A DNA stretch of 64,000 bases from Candidatus Marinacidobacterium sp. (lineage in GTDB: Bacteria > Acidobacteriota > Vicinamibacteria > Marinacidobacterales > Marinacidobacteraceae), in the NCBI GenBank assembly GCA_965204755.1, contig OZ242011.1:1248001-1312000 (forward strand), in the 5' to 3' direction. Of this stretch, positions 17,639-26,626 are shown piece after piece. The notes beneath the pieces are model-generated. The model saw only the letters and a program-made list of their open reading frames with translations, was not told where the DNA came from and did no database searches. The first letter of the stretch is position 1. The number at the start of each line of letters is the position of its first letter. The position numbers and the translations under genes were made by a program.

Positions 17639-18559
17639 TCAGGACCCCAGGTGGCGGCGGAAGAACCGCACGGTCAGGGGCCAGGCCTGCGCGGCGGCGT
17701 TCCGGTTCCGGCCTTCCCGCGCCTCCTGCGCCCGCAGGAACCCGTGCCCGGCGCCGGCGAAGGTGTGCGTTTCGAAGGCCTTGCCGAGTTCGGCCATCCG
17801 CTCCTCCGCCGGCGGCACCGTCGCGTTCACGCGGGCGTCGTCCTCCCCGTAGAGGCCGAGCACCGGCGCTTCCACCGCCGGGAGTTCGTCGGCTTCGGGC
17901 GAAGTCCCGTAATAGACCACCGCCGCGCCGAGGTCGGCGGAGCGGGCGGCGTGGGCGAAACTCGTCCGCCCGCCCCAGCAGAACCCCACGACCCCGTAGG
18001 TCTCCCGCGCCGCCGGAAGCGCCATCGCCCACTCCGCCACCGCCGAGAGCCGGCGATGCGCTTCGTCGGCGTCGAGCGCCCGGATGAGCGCCACCGCGCC
18101 GTCGCGGTCCACCGAGTCGGTGCGGCCCCCGCCCGGCCCCTTGCCGCTGAGCAGGTCCGGCGCGACGGCGATGAACCCGCTGTCGGCGAGTTGGTCGGCC
18201 ACCGCGCGGATCCAGTCGGTGAGGCCGTAGATCTCGTGGATCACGACGACCACCGGCGCGGCGTCGGCGCGTTCGGGATAGACGACCCAGGACTCCACCG
18301 AGTCGCCCCCGGGCGCCGGAACCGACACCCACTCCCCATGCCGCGGCGAGCCGTTCAGCCGGTCGCGGGCGGTCTCGGCGGACGCCGGAATCAGGGCCTG
18401 CGCGGCAGCGGCGCCGGGCGCGAGGAGAGCGGCGAGCAGGACGGCCCGACCCGCCGCGGAACCGGCGCCGGCGCGGGCCGCGAAACGGGGGGAAACCGAT
18501 CGAAAAAGCCGACCGCGCAAAGCCCCGAATGGGCGGAAGGAGCGAGAGAAACCGGGCAT
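17639..18559 (-). CDS. Dienelactone hydrolase family protein
   Basis: VIHEIYGL, nucleophile GFCWGG, YGEDD, AGHGF. Confidence 0.9.
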   Translation of the reverse strand: MPGFSRSFRPFGALRGRLFRSVSPRFAARAGAGSAAGRAVLLAALLAPGAAAAQALIPASAETARDRLNGSPRHGEWVSVPAPGGDSVESWVVYPERADAAPVVVVIHEIYGLTDWIRAVADQLADSGFIAVAPDLLSGKGPGGGRTDSVDRDGAVALIRALDADEAHRRLSAVAEWAMALPAARETYGVVGFCWGGRTSFAHAARSADLGAAVVYYGTSPEADELPAVEAPVLGLYGEDDARVNATVPPAEERMAELGKAFETHTFAGAGHGFLRAQEAREGRNRNAAAQAWPLTVRFFRRHLGS

Positions 18560-18715
18560 CCAGCGAGTATAGTCAGCGCGCCGCGTCCGGCGTCCCGCGT
18601 CCTCTTCTTCCGGTGAGTCCCGAGTGAATCCGCGCGCCGCGGGCCCTTCGGCGGGCGCGGAAACCGGCCCCTCCGCCCGGGAGCCGGAGGCGGCGAAACG
18701 GCAGGTCGGGGGCCG

Positions 18716-19417
18716 GTGAGCGCCGACCGCGAGCCCCGGTCCCGGTCCCGGCTGCTCCCGGCGGCGGCCATCGCCGCCTTGGCCATCGCGCTCGCGGCAG
18801 TGTTCTTCTACGCGCCCACGGAGCGGACGATGGGCGACCTCCAGCGCATCTTCTACTTCCATGTGGCCGCTTGGTGGCTCGCCTTCGGCGCGTTCTTCGT
18901 CGTCGCGGGCTCGGCGGTCGGCTGGTTCCGCACCCGCCTCCCGAAGTACGACGCCGCCGCGGTCGCCGCCGCCGAGATCGGCGTCCTGTTCACCACGATC
19001 GGCCTGGCGATGGGGATCATCTGGGCGAAACCGGCTTGGGGCATCTGGTGGACCTGGGACGCGCGCCTGACCACCGCTTTCGTGCTCTGGCTGATCTACG
19101 CCGGATACCTGATGCTGCGCGCCGCGGTGGACGACCCGGTGCGCCGGGCGAACCTCTCCGCCGCGCTCGGCCTGCTCGGCGCCGCCGACATCCCGCTGGT
19201 CTATTTCTCTATCCGCTGGTGGCGGACCCAGCACCCTTCTCCGGTCATCATGGGCGGCCCGGACTCGGGACTCCACCCGGACATGTGGATCGCGCTGCTG
19301 ATCTCGCTCGCGGCGCTGACGCTGCTCTTCCTCTGGCTGTTCCGTTGGCGGGTCCGGCTCGAACACGCCGAACGCCGCCTGCTCGCCGACCGCGCGGCGC
19401 TCCTCTCCGAGTCCTGA
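18716..19417 (+). CDS. ccmC: Cytochrome c biogenesis heme exporter CcmC
   Basis: IFYFHV, tryptophan-rich WGIWWTWDARLT, WWRTQHP, about six TMs. Confidence 0.92.
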   Translation: MSADREPRSRSRLLPAAAIAALAIALAAVFFYAPTERTMGDLQRIFYFHVAAWWLAFGAFFVVAGSAVGWFRTRLPKYDAAAVAAAEIGVLFTTIGLAMGIIWAKPAWGIWWTWDARLTTAFVLWLIYAGYLMLRAAVDDPVRRANLSAALGLLGAADIPLVYFSIRWWRTQHPSPVIMGGPDSGLHPDMWIALLISLAALTLLFLWLFRWRVRLEHAERRLLADRAALLSES

Positions 19418-19422
19418 CCGCG

Positions 19423-19602
19423 ATGTCCTGGCTCTTCGCCGGCTACGCCGCCTTCTTCGTACTGCTCGGCGGCTACTTCGCGCGCCTGCTCCTCATGGAG
19501 CGCCGCCTCGCCCGTGAACGGCGCGTTCTCGCCGCCGCCCACGACGAGGCCGGAAACCGCGGCGACGGTTACACTCGCCCCGATCCCCGGTCGAAGAGTT
19601 AG
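19423..19602 (+). CDS. ccmD: CcmD-like small membrane protein
   Basis: Immediately follows ccmC. Single TM (WLFAGYAAFF..L.GY) then a basic tail. Confidence 0.7.
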   Translation: MSWLFAGYAAFFVLLGGYFARLLLMERRLARERRVLAAAHDEAGNRGDGYTRPDPRSKS

Positions 19603-19607
19603 TCGCC

Positions 19608-20138
19608 ATGCCTTGGTGGAAGCGCCACAGTCTCGAGGGACTCGTCGCCCACTCCCCCATCGCCGTCGGCCGTTACATCCTCACGAAGGCCGGCGAGCAG
19701 GGGTTCACGGTCACGCCCATGAAGTTGCTCAAGATCGTGTACCTGGCCCACGGTTGGATGCTCGGCATCCACGGCCTCCCGTTGGTGCGCGGCCGGGTGG
19801 AGGCGTGGCAATACGGCCCGGTGTTCCCGGAGTTGTACCACGCGATCAAACACCGCGGCGCGGAGCCGGTGACGGCGGCCGACCTCCCGGACAAACCGCA
19901 TGAAGTCTTCGAACCGGAAGCGAAACGAGTGATGTCGGACGCCGTCGAACAGTACGGCCCGCTCACGGCCGCCGCGCTCTCGTCGCTGACTCATGCGCCG
20001 AACACTCCGTGGGAATTGACTTACCGGAAAGGAGTTCGCGGCCGAGCCATACCGAACGAACTGATCGAGTTCTACTATCGGGAGATGTTGCGGCTGTACC
20101 ACGAGGGTCACGGACAAGAGGAAGAGAGTCCGTCGTGA
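19608..20138 (+). CDS. Panacea-domain (DUF4065/SocA-like) antitoxin
   Basis: TPMKLLKIVYLAHG, VEAWQYGPV.PELY, YG...A..LSSLTH...PW, IPNELI..YY. Confidence 0.9.
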   Translation: MPWWKRHSLEGLVAHSPIAVGRYILTKAGEQGFTVTPMKLLKIVYLAHGWMLGIHGLPLVRGRVEAWQYGPVFPELYHAIKHRGAEPVTAADLPDKPHEVFEPEAKRVMSDAVEQYGPLTAAALSSLTHAPNTPWELTYRKGVRGRAIPNELIEFYYREMLRLYHEGHGQEEESPS

Positions 20139-20536
20139 ACGCCGAATATCCCTATTCCGACTGGTTGGGCCTCGGTTCCAAAGGACAACCGGCGGCTCCG
20201 GCGCAACAGTCGTTGAAGGGTGCCCGAACACTGCAGAGGCGTGTCGCCGAGAAGGACTACGAACTCAGCGAGAAGAAGCACAAGAATCGATTCCGCGTGG
20301 TCATGCTGTTCGGTCTTCCGATACTCACCGCGGCCTGGCTGTTTCTGATCGCGTGGGCAATCGTGACCGACCGAATCGAAGGCATCCAAGTAGGAATCGC
20401 CTTGGGTGCGACCGGAGCGGGTTTGCTGACAGTGCTCGGACTGCAGATCTCGTGGGCATACTCCCAGAAGACGAGTACGGATACGGATCCTTCCGGCCGC
20501 GTGCTCAAGTCCGTTACCAAGAAGTACGTCCGATGA
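20135..20536 (+). CDS. Two-TM membrane protein, putative toxin partner of the Panacea protein
   Basis: GTGA overlap with the Panacea gene. Two hydrophobic helices. Lower GC than the flanks. Confidence 0.6.
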   Translation: MNAEYPYSDWLGLGSKGQPAAPAQQSLKGARTLQRRVAEKDYELSEKKHKNRFRVVMLFGLPILTAAWLFLIAWAIVTDRIEGIQVGIALGATGAGLLTVLGLQISWAYSQKTSTDTDPSGRVLKSVTKKYVR

Positions 20537-20788
20537 TTTGGCAACTGCCAAAGAGCGCTGCGATGATCAAGTCCTTGACGCCGCGGCCGCGCATTCCGCC
20601 GGCAGGTCTCCGTCCTGCCGAAGAGGAGGGCGGAACCTCGCGGCGGTCCGCTGTGGTGCGAGTGCGCTCGTTTCAGTCGTCTGACGAGTGCGACGCCGGC
20701 CGGTCTTCGAGGCCGCTCGCGAACGGACGGGGACGGCGGGCACCGGAGGGCGAAGGCCGCGGCGACAACCCGCCCTTCTGACCGAGTC

Positions 20789-22105
20789 ATGACCACCGTT
20801 ACGCCCGGAGGGGGTGAGCGTTTCGCCACGGCCTTCGGGACGGCGATGGCGCTCATCGGCGTTTCGGTGGGGCTCGCCAATGTCTGGCGATTCCCCTACA
20901 TGGCCGGCCAGTTCGGGGGCGGCGCTTTCGTCCTGATCTACCTGGTCCTCGTGTTGCTGCTCGGCGCGCCGGCGCTGATCGCGGAATGGAGCCTCGGGCG
21001 GCTCACCCGCGGCGGCCCCGGCACCGCCTTTCGCGCGATCGGTATGCCCGGCGGCCGCGCGATCGGCGGACTGCTGTTCCTCACCGTCTTCATGGCGGGT
21101 TCGTATTACGCCGTCGTCGTCGCGCAGGTCTTCTTCTACGCGATCCCCGGCCGCGCCATCACCGATCCCGAAGCCTTCTACGCGGCGAACTTCCAGGGCA
21201 TCACGCCCTTGAATGTCGGCTGTTCGGTGCTCGTCTTCGGCGCGATGGGCGTGGTCACCGCGCTGGGAGTCCGCCGGGGGATCGAGCGGGTGTCCCGGAT
21301 CGCCATGCCGCTCGCCGGCCTCGCCCTGCTGGTCGTGGTGGCGCGGTCGGTCACGCTGCCCGGCGCCGCCGAAGGCATCCGCTACTTCCTCTGGCCGGAC
21401 TTCGCCCAGGTGACCCCGGCCACTTTCCTCGCCGCGCTCGGGCAGGCGTTTTTCAGCCTGTCGCTCGGCGGCACCTTCTTCCTCGCCTACGGCAGTTACC
21501 TCCCGTCGTCGGCCAGCCTGCGCCGCCTCGCCGGGACGACCGTGCTCGGCGACACCGGCGCCGCCCTGCTCGGGGGTCTCGCCGTCCTCCCGGCCGCTGT
21601 CGCCCTCGGCATCCCGCCCGCTTCCGGGCCGCCGCTGCTCTTCTTCACCCTGCCGAAGGTCTTCGCGGCCATGCCCGCCGGGCAGGTGTTCGGCCCGCTG
21701 TTCTTCGCCGGGCTGTTCCTCGCGGCGTTCTTCTCGGCGGTAGCCGCCCTCGAAGTCGTCGTCGGCGCGGGGATCGCCTGGACCGGATGGAGCCGCGCCC
21801 GCGTCGTGCTCCTCATGCTCGCCGTGCAGGTCCCCGTCGCCCTTCCGGCGATGGCGAGCACCGCCTACCTCGGCTGGAGCGACCTGGTCTGGGGCTCCAC
21901 CATGCAACCCATCGGCTCCGTGTTCACCTTGGTCGGCCTGGGCTTTTTCGTCTCGCGGGGTCGGGCGCTCGCGGAGGCCGGACGCGGCGCCAAGCACCCG
22001 CCGGGGACGCTCTGGCTCTTCTGGATCCGCTGGGTGATCCCGATCGGCGTCGTGGTCGTGCTGGTCTGGGGCTGGGCCGGCGCCCTCGGGGACCTCCTCG
22101 GATGA
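20789..22105 (+). CDS. Sodium-dependent transporter (NSS/SNF family)
   Basis: GVSVGLANVWRFPY...GGGAF, ALGQAFFSLSLG, GP.LLF.TLP..F..MP.G. Confidence 0.93.
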   Translation: MTTVTPGGGERFATAFGTAMALIGVSVGLANVWRFPYMAGQFGGGAFVLIYLVLVLLLGAPALIAEWSLGRLTRGGPGTAFRAIGMPGGRAIGGLLFLTVFMAGSYYAVVVAQVFFYAIPGRAITDPEAFYAANFQGITPLNVGCSVLVFGAMGVVTALGVRRGIERVSRIAMPLAGLALLVVVARSVTLPGAAEGIRYFLWPDFAQVTPATFLAALGQAFFSLSLGGTFFLAYGSYLPSSASLRRLAGTTVLGDTGAALLGGLAVLPAAVALGIPPASGPPLLFFTLPKVFAAMPAGQVFGPLFFAGLFLAAFFSAVAALEVVVGAGIAWTGWSRARVVLLMLAVQVPVALPAMASTAYLGWSDLVWGSTMQPIGSVFTLVGLGFFVSRGRALAEAGRGAKHPPGTLWLFWIRWVIPIGVVVVLVWGWAGALGDLLG

Positions 22106-23262
22106 GCGCGGAGGAACCCGACCGGAAGCCGGGCGGGAAGGCCCCGGCGCGGGCCGGGGGGCCGCCGGCCGGAGGCGGTCCCTCCGCGGCCTCGGGGGAC
22201 CCCTCGCCCGGGGACTCGAGTGCGCCCCCCGAAGCGCTTCCGCCTGCGGAAGGGGAGCCCCGCCGAAACCGCCGGCCGCGGCGCGAGTCCGCCTCCGGCC
22301 CCCGGCCGCTGCGGGTGCGGCACGGACGGCTCCACGCCTTCGTCCGGCAGGCGCTGACCCGCTCGCGCCTCGCGCCGGAGTTGGCGTCGCAGACCGCCGA
22401 CGCCCTGGTCGGGGCGAACCTCTCCGGCTGGGACGAGGACGGCGCCGCCCGCCTGCCGGAGATCGTGGACGGCCTCTCGACCCGCCACCTGAACGCCTCG
22501 CCGAGTTTCCGGCTGGCGGCGTCCTCCGGCGGCGCCGCCGTGCTCGACGGCGGCGGCGGCCCCGGCCCGGCGGTCGCCCACCGCGGGATGACCGAAGCCA
22601 TCGGCGCCGCCAACCGCCACGGGGTGGGCGCGGTCGCGGTGCGCGGCGGCAACCGGTTCGGCGCCCCCGGCCACTTCGCGCGGCTGGCGCTCCCGCACCA
22701 GATGATCGGCGTGGCGGTCAGTTCGGGTCCGGCGCCCCCGCCGGGGCCGAGCGACCCGGCTGTCGGCGGCGACTCCGCGCCCGTCGGTTACCCCGCCGCG
22801 TTCGGCATCGCCATCCCCGCCGCCGAGACCGCGCCGCCCCTGGTGCTGAACACCTGGCTCGGGGACCCGGCGGGCCCGCGCGCCGACCGCGCCGGCGGGG
22901 AGGGGGCCGACCTCGAACTCGCCCTCGCGTTGGAAGCGTTGACCGCGCTCGCCGGCGCCGCCCTTCCCGGCCAGTTGGTCGCCGCCGACCGTCCGGAGCC
23001 GCTCCACGGCGGCACCGGCCAACTGTTCCTCGCCTTCCGCATCCGCGCCTTCGCTCCCTGGGCCGGTTTCCGCAACCGCATGGTGGAGCGCCTCACCGAC
23101 CTCCGCCGCCGCCGCATCCCCTACCCCGGGCAGGCGGAAGGCGCCGTCGAAGAAGAACGCCGCGCGCGCGGCATCCCGCTCGATCCGGATACCGCCGAGG
23201 CCCTCGAGCGCCTCTCCTACCGGCTGGAACTCAACCCCGCCTGGAAGAAAGCCACCGCCTGA
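22102..23262 (+). CDS. Ldh_2 (malate/L-lactate dehydrogenase type 2) family protein, degenerate
   Basis: ADALV.ANL.G, VLDGGGG.G.......M..AI..A..HGVG.VAVR, YPG..E......R..GIPL. Low-complexity N-terminal extension. Confidence 0.75.
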   Translation: MSAEEPDRKPGGKAPARAGGPPAGGGPSAASGDPSPGDSSAPPEALPPAEGEPRRNRRPRRESASGPRPLRVRHGRLHAFVRQALTRSRLAPELASQTADALVGANLSGWDEDGAARLPEIVDGLSTRHLNASPSFRLAASSGGAAVLDGGGGPGPAVAHRGMTEAIGAANRHGVGAVAVRGGNRFGAPGHFARLALPHQMIGVAVSSGPAPPPGPSDPAVGGDSAPVGYPAAFGIAIPAAETAPPLVLNTWLGDPAGPRADRAGGEGADLELALALEALTALAGAALPGQLVAADRPEPLHGGTGQLFLAFRIRAFAPWAGFRNRMVERLTDLRRRRIPYPGQAEGAVEEERRARGIPLDPDTAEALERLSYRLELNPAWKKATA

Positions 23263-23289
23263 GTCCCCGCCGTCGTTCCGGCCGACCGA

Positions 23290-23754
23290 TCACGAGGACG
23301 GCGCCCGCGTCGGGCGTCTTCGGTCCCGTTCCCCGGCTCGGTCGGAGCGGGCGAACTGGTTGAGCCACCGCGTCGCCGTGAACGGCGCGATCCGGGCGTT
23401 GCCCATCGCCCGCGCCAACTCGTAGAGCGGAAGCCCGGTGTCGAACACCAGTTCGCGGTATTCCGGAAAGCGCATGCTCCCGAACAGGTTGTAGAGAGCG
23501 CCGCGCGACTCCCGGCCGACTTCGGGGGCGCGAAGCGCCCTCCACAGCGACTGCGGACTCGGCGCATCCGCGTAGCCCGCGAAGTGCCGGGCCAGCAGAC
23601 TCCGCATCACCGGAATCGGCGCGCGCCCCCGGCGCGTCGTTCCCTCCGCGGGTAGCGGCCGCCGGAGCGCCTCCCGGTCGAACCGCTCCAAGGGCAGCAG
23701 CGCCACCCGGCTACCCGGCCGGCTGAGCGACCGGCTGACCGAGCGACTCGTCAC
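23290..23754 (-). CDS. Hypothetical protein, putative antitoxin partner of the AbiEii-like gene
   Basis: GTGA overlap with the upstream nucleotidyltransferase gene. Start uncertain. Confidence 0.5.
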   Translation of the reverse strand: MTSRSVSRSLSRPGSRVALLPLERFDREALRRPLPAEGTTRRGRAPIPVMRSLLARHFAGYADAPSPQSLWRALRAPEVGRESRGALYNLFGSMRFPEYRELVFDTGLPLYELARAMGNARIAPFTATRWLNQFARSDRAGERDRRRPTRAPSS

Positions 23755-24446
23755 GCGCGGAGCGCCGCAGCCGCATCGCGGCAGATCGCAACCACTCGGT
23801 CGCGGATCTCCCGATGCGACCAGTCCTCCACCGGCCTGATCAATGTTCCCTCGAAGTCGTCCAAGGCGGTGAGTTCGTCCGCGATCTGCCGAAGCCGCCG
23901 CGGCCCTTCCCCGGCGAGCGCGCGTCCGAGCGCCTCCGGACTGCGGCGAGCGGCGCACGCGACATCGTAGAGGTCGCGAACCAAGTACGACCCGGCGCCC
24001 AGCATTCGCAGGCGGATCTTCTTCGCCAGGATCTCGTCGACTTCCTCCACCGGTACTTCGGTCCCTTCCACGACGACCGCCCGCCGCTCACGCGGGACGA
24101 GACGCACGGCCGGAATCAGGGTGACTTCCCCTTCGCCGAAGTCCAGGCAGATGTGCTCCGGCTCCACCCAACTCCGCGCGGAAACGACTCCGCCGACCTC
24201 GTCGAGCAGCGCGCGCTCGAGTTCCCGCCCGGCGCGCCCGACGACCTCCTGGAAATGCGAAGGCTCGGCGAAGAGGCCCACATCGGTCGAGTGGCGGTGC
24301 GCCCAGAGGGCGGCCGGCGCGGTTCCGCCGCCGAGACGGTAGCCCGAAGCCCCGAAGTGCCGACCGAGCGCGGGCTCCACCCCCGCGAACAACTCCCGCG
24401 GGCCTTCCGGCAGGACGATCCTCCCGGCCGCGGCCCGGGCGCGCAC
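23751..24446 (-). CDS. AbiEii/AbiGii-family nucleotidyltransferase (type IV TA toxin-like), probably inactive
   Basis: LGGGTA....W.HRHSTD..LF, EILAKK, RDLYDV. Confidence 0.8.
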   Translation of the reverse strand: MRARAAAGRIVLPEGPRELFAGVEPALGRHFGASGYRLGGGTAPAALWAHRHSTDVGLFAEPSHFQEVVGRAGRELERALLDEVGGVVSARSWVEPEHICLDFGEGEVTLIPAVRLVPRERRAVVVEGTEVPVEEVDEILAKKIRLRMLGAGSYLVRDLYDVACAARRSPEALGRALAGEGPRRLRQIADELTALDDFEGTLIRPVEDWSHREIRDRVVAICRDAAAALRA

Positions 24447-24531
24447 CGGTCGAGTCAGGTCCCGCGCGCCCGCGCCTCGGCGGACGGCCCGCCCCGGGCC
24501 CTTCTCCTCACGGAGTCTTCGATTGCGCCGG

Positions 24532-26622
24532 TCACCGGTGGACGAAGGGGGCGGGGCCGCCGCGGGGGCCGTTCTCCAGGAAATGGCGGACGCCGAGGCG
24601 CATGTCCTCCAGCGCGCAGCCCTCGCCGAAGAGGCGCGCCTCGCGCCGGAGGCCGTCGGCGAGGGGGCCGCGGGCGCCTTCGAGGACGGCCCGCTGCAGG
24701 AGTTCGTCCACGGCGCGGGAGCGGTGGCCGAGGTCCACTTCCGGCAGCGGTTCCGGAATCGGGATCGGGCCGGCCTCGACGGGCGGCGGCCCGGCGCCTC
24801 CGGCCGCGAGTTCGACGGCCAGCGCCGCCGCCCGGTCCACCAGGCGGTCGCCGGGGACGAGTTCGCTGACCAGCCCGAGCGCGAGCGCCTCCTTCGCCGA
24901 GATCGGGCCGCCCGTCCGGAGCAGCGCCCAGGAGGCCTCCAGCCCGATGAGCCGGGGCAGCCGCTGGGTCGCGCCGGCGCCCGGGATGATTCCCAGGTTC
25001 ACTTCCGGCTGCATCGCCGCCGTCGGCAGCCCCTCGCGGGCGATGCGGACCCGGCAGGCCATCGCCAATTCGTTGCCGCCGCCGACCGCCATGCCGTTCA
25101 GCGCGCAGACGACCGGTTTCGGGAACGCCTCGATCCGGTTCAGCACCCGGTGCGACGCCAGGGAAAGCCGCTCGCCGTCCGCCGGCGACTCGATCCGGGC
25201 CAGCATCCGCACATCCGCGCCGGAGACGAAGGCCTTGACGCCGAACCCGGTGAGCACGACGCCCCGGACCCGGTCGTCCGCCTCGGACTCCTCGAACCGC
25301 TCCTCCAGTTCGGCGAAGAGTTCCTCGTCGAGGGCGCCGAGCGCCTCGGGGCGGCGGATGACCAGCACCCGCGCGACTCCGCCGCCGGCGGAGACCTCGC
25401 GGACGACGATCCGCGGGATCGGACGCCGGGCCCACGCCGGGCCCGGCCCCCGCAGCATCTCGGGCGCGAAGAAGGTCGGCTCCCGCTCCCGGTATTCCGA
25501 CAGGAGCCGCGCGGCCTCGGCGGGCCCCAGCGACCTCAGCAGCGCGTAGGGCCGCCGCACCGCGAGGGCGAGGTGGCACGAAAGATCCAAATCCGGCGCC
25601 GAGATCGCCCGTTCCTCGACGGTCCAGGCGCAAAGACCCAGGAAAGCGGCGGTGACCCTTTCGGCGATGGCGCGCCGCCTATCCTCCGGCACTTCCACCG
25701 CTTCCCCCCGCGCCGGGACTTCCCAGACCCGCCCGGTCGGCCCGCCCGCCGCCATCGCCTCTTCGAGCAGCCGGGGGATCCGGAACCACGGGTGCAGCCG
25801 GGTGTGCATCTCCCCGAACCCCTCGTAGGTGATCGGGTTGCCGCCGGTCAGGTTCATGGCGGTGAACGGCCCGATCCCGAGGCCGAGCGCCTCCTTGGCC
25901 GCGTAATCCACTTCCTTCGTGGTCCCGACGCCCTCTTCGACCAGGAGCGCCGCCGCGAGGAACAGCCCCTCGAAGATGGGGTTCAGCGCATGACCGAACC
26001 GGCAGCGCACCGGAACCGGAACCTTCCCGATCTCCTCGTAGAACGCGAGGAGCCAGGGGACGAGGCCCGACGCCGCCGGCGCCGCGGCGATCTCCACGAC
26101 CGGGTTCCGCTCGGCGGGGAAGAAGTAGTGGGCGACCGCCGCCCGTCCGGGCCGGGCCAGTTCCGAGAAGATGCGGTCCGGTTCGAGGTGGGAGGAGTTG
26201 GAGAGGAGGACCGCCTCCGGCCCGACCCGCTCCTCCAGCGCGGAGAAGATCCGGCGCTTCACCGCCAGGTCCTCCGAAGCCGCCTCCACGACCAGGTCGG
26301 CGCCTTCGACCCGCCCGTAGTCGCCGGTGAACTCGACCGAATCCCGCATCCGGTCGGCGCGCCGGTCGGAGAACGCCCCGGTCTGCCGTCCCTTCTCGAT
26401 CTTCCCGAGCAATTTCTCCTCGCCCCCGGCCAGGGCCGCCTCGGAGATGTCCACCACGATGGTGGGCGCGCCCCGCGGCGCCAGCGTCTTCACCAGGTGG
26501 AGGGCGATGTCCGGGCCGATCTGGCCGGAGCCGATCACCGCCGCCCGGCGGATCTCCCGGCCTCGCCAGCGGAACGGAGCGCCGGCGGCCCCGGACGGCG
26601 CTTCCTTCGAGGCCGCGGGCAA
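24532..26622 (-). CDS. 3-hydroxyacyl-CoA dehydrogenase / enoyl-CoA hydratase fusion
   Basis: GSGQIG Rossmann motif, VVEAASED, SNSS, HYFFPA. C-terminal crotonase AFVSGAD, GGGNELA, PEVNLGIIPG. TTG start with GGAGG RBS. Confidence 0.9.
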   Translation of the reverse strand: MPAASKEAPSGAAGAPFRWRGREIRRAAVIGSGQIGPDIALHLVKTLAPRGAPTIVVDISEAALAGGEEKLLGKIEKGRQTGAFSDRRADRMRDSVEFTGDYGRVEGADLVVEAASEDLAVKRRIFSALEERVGPEAVLLSNSSHLEPDRIFSELARPGRAAVAHYFFPAERNPVVEIAAAPAASGLVPWLLAFYEEIGKVPVPVRCRFGHALNPIFEGLFLAAALLVEEGVGTTKEVDYAAKEALGLGIGPFTAMNLTGGNPITYEGFGEMHTRLHPWFRIPRLLEEAMAAGGPTGRVWEVPARGEAVEVPEDRRRAIAERVTAAFLGLCAWTVEERAISAPDLDLSCHLALAVRRPYALLRSLGPAEAARLLSEYREREPTFFAPEMLRGPGPAWARRPIPRIVVREVSAGGGVARVLVIRRPEALGALDEELFAELEERFEESEADDRVRGVVLTGFGVKAFVSGADVRMLARIESPADGERLSLASHRVLNRIEAFPKPVVCALNGMAVGGGNELAMACRVRIAREGLPTAAMQPEVNLGIIPGAGATQRLPRLIGLEASWALLRTGGPISAKEALALGLVSELVPGDRLVDRAAALAVELAAGGAGPPPVEAGPIPIPEPLPEVDLGHRSRAVDELLQRAVLEGARGPLADGLRREARLFGEGCALEDMRLGVRHFLENGPRGGPAPFVHR

Positions 26623-26626
26623 CGCG

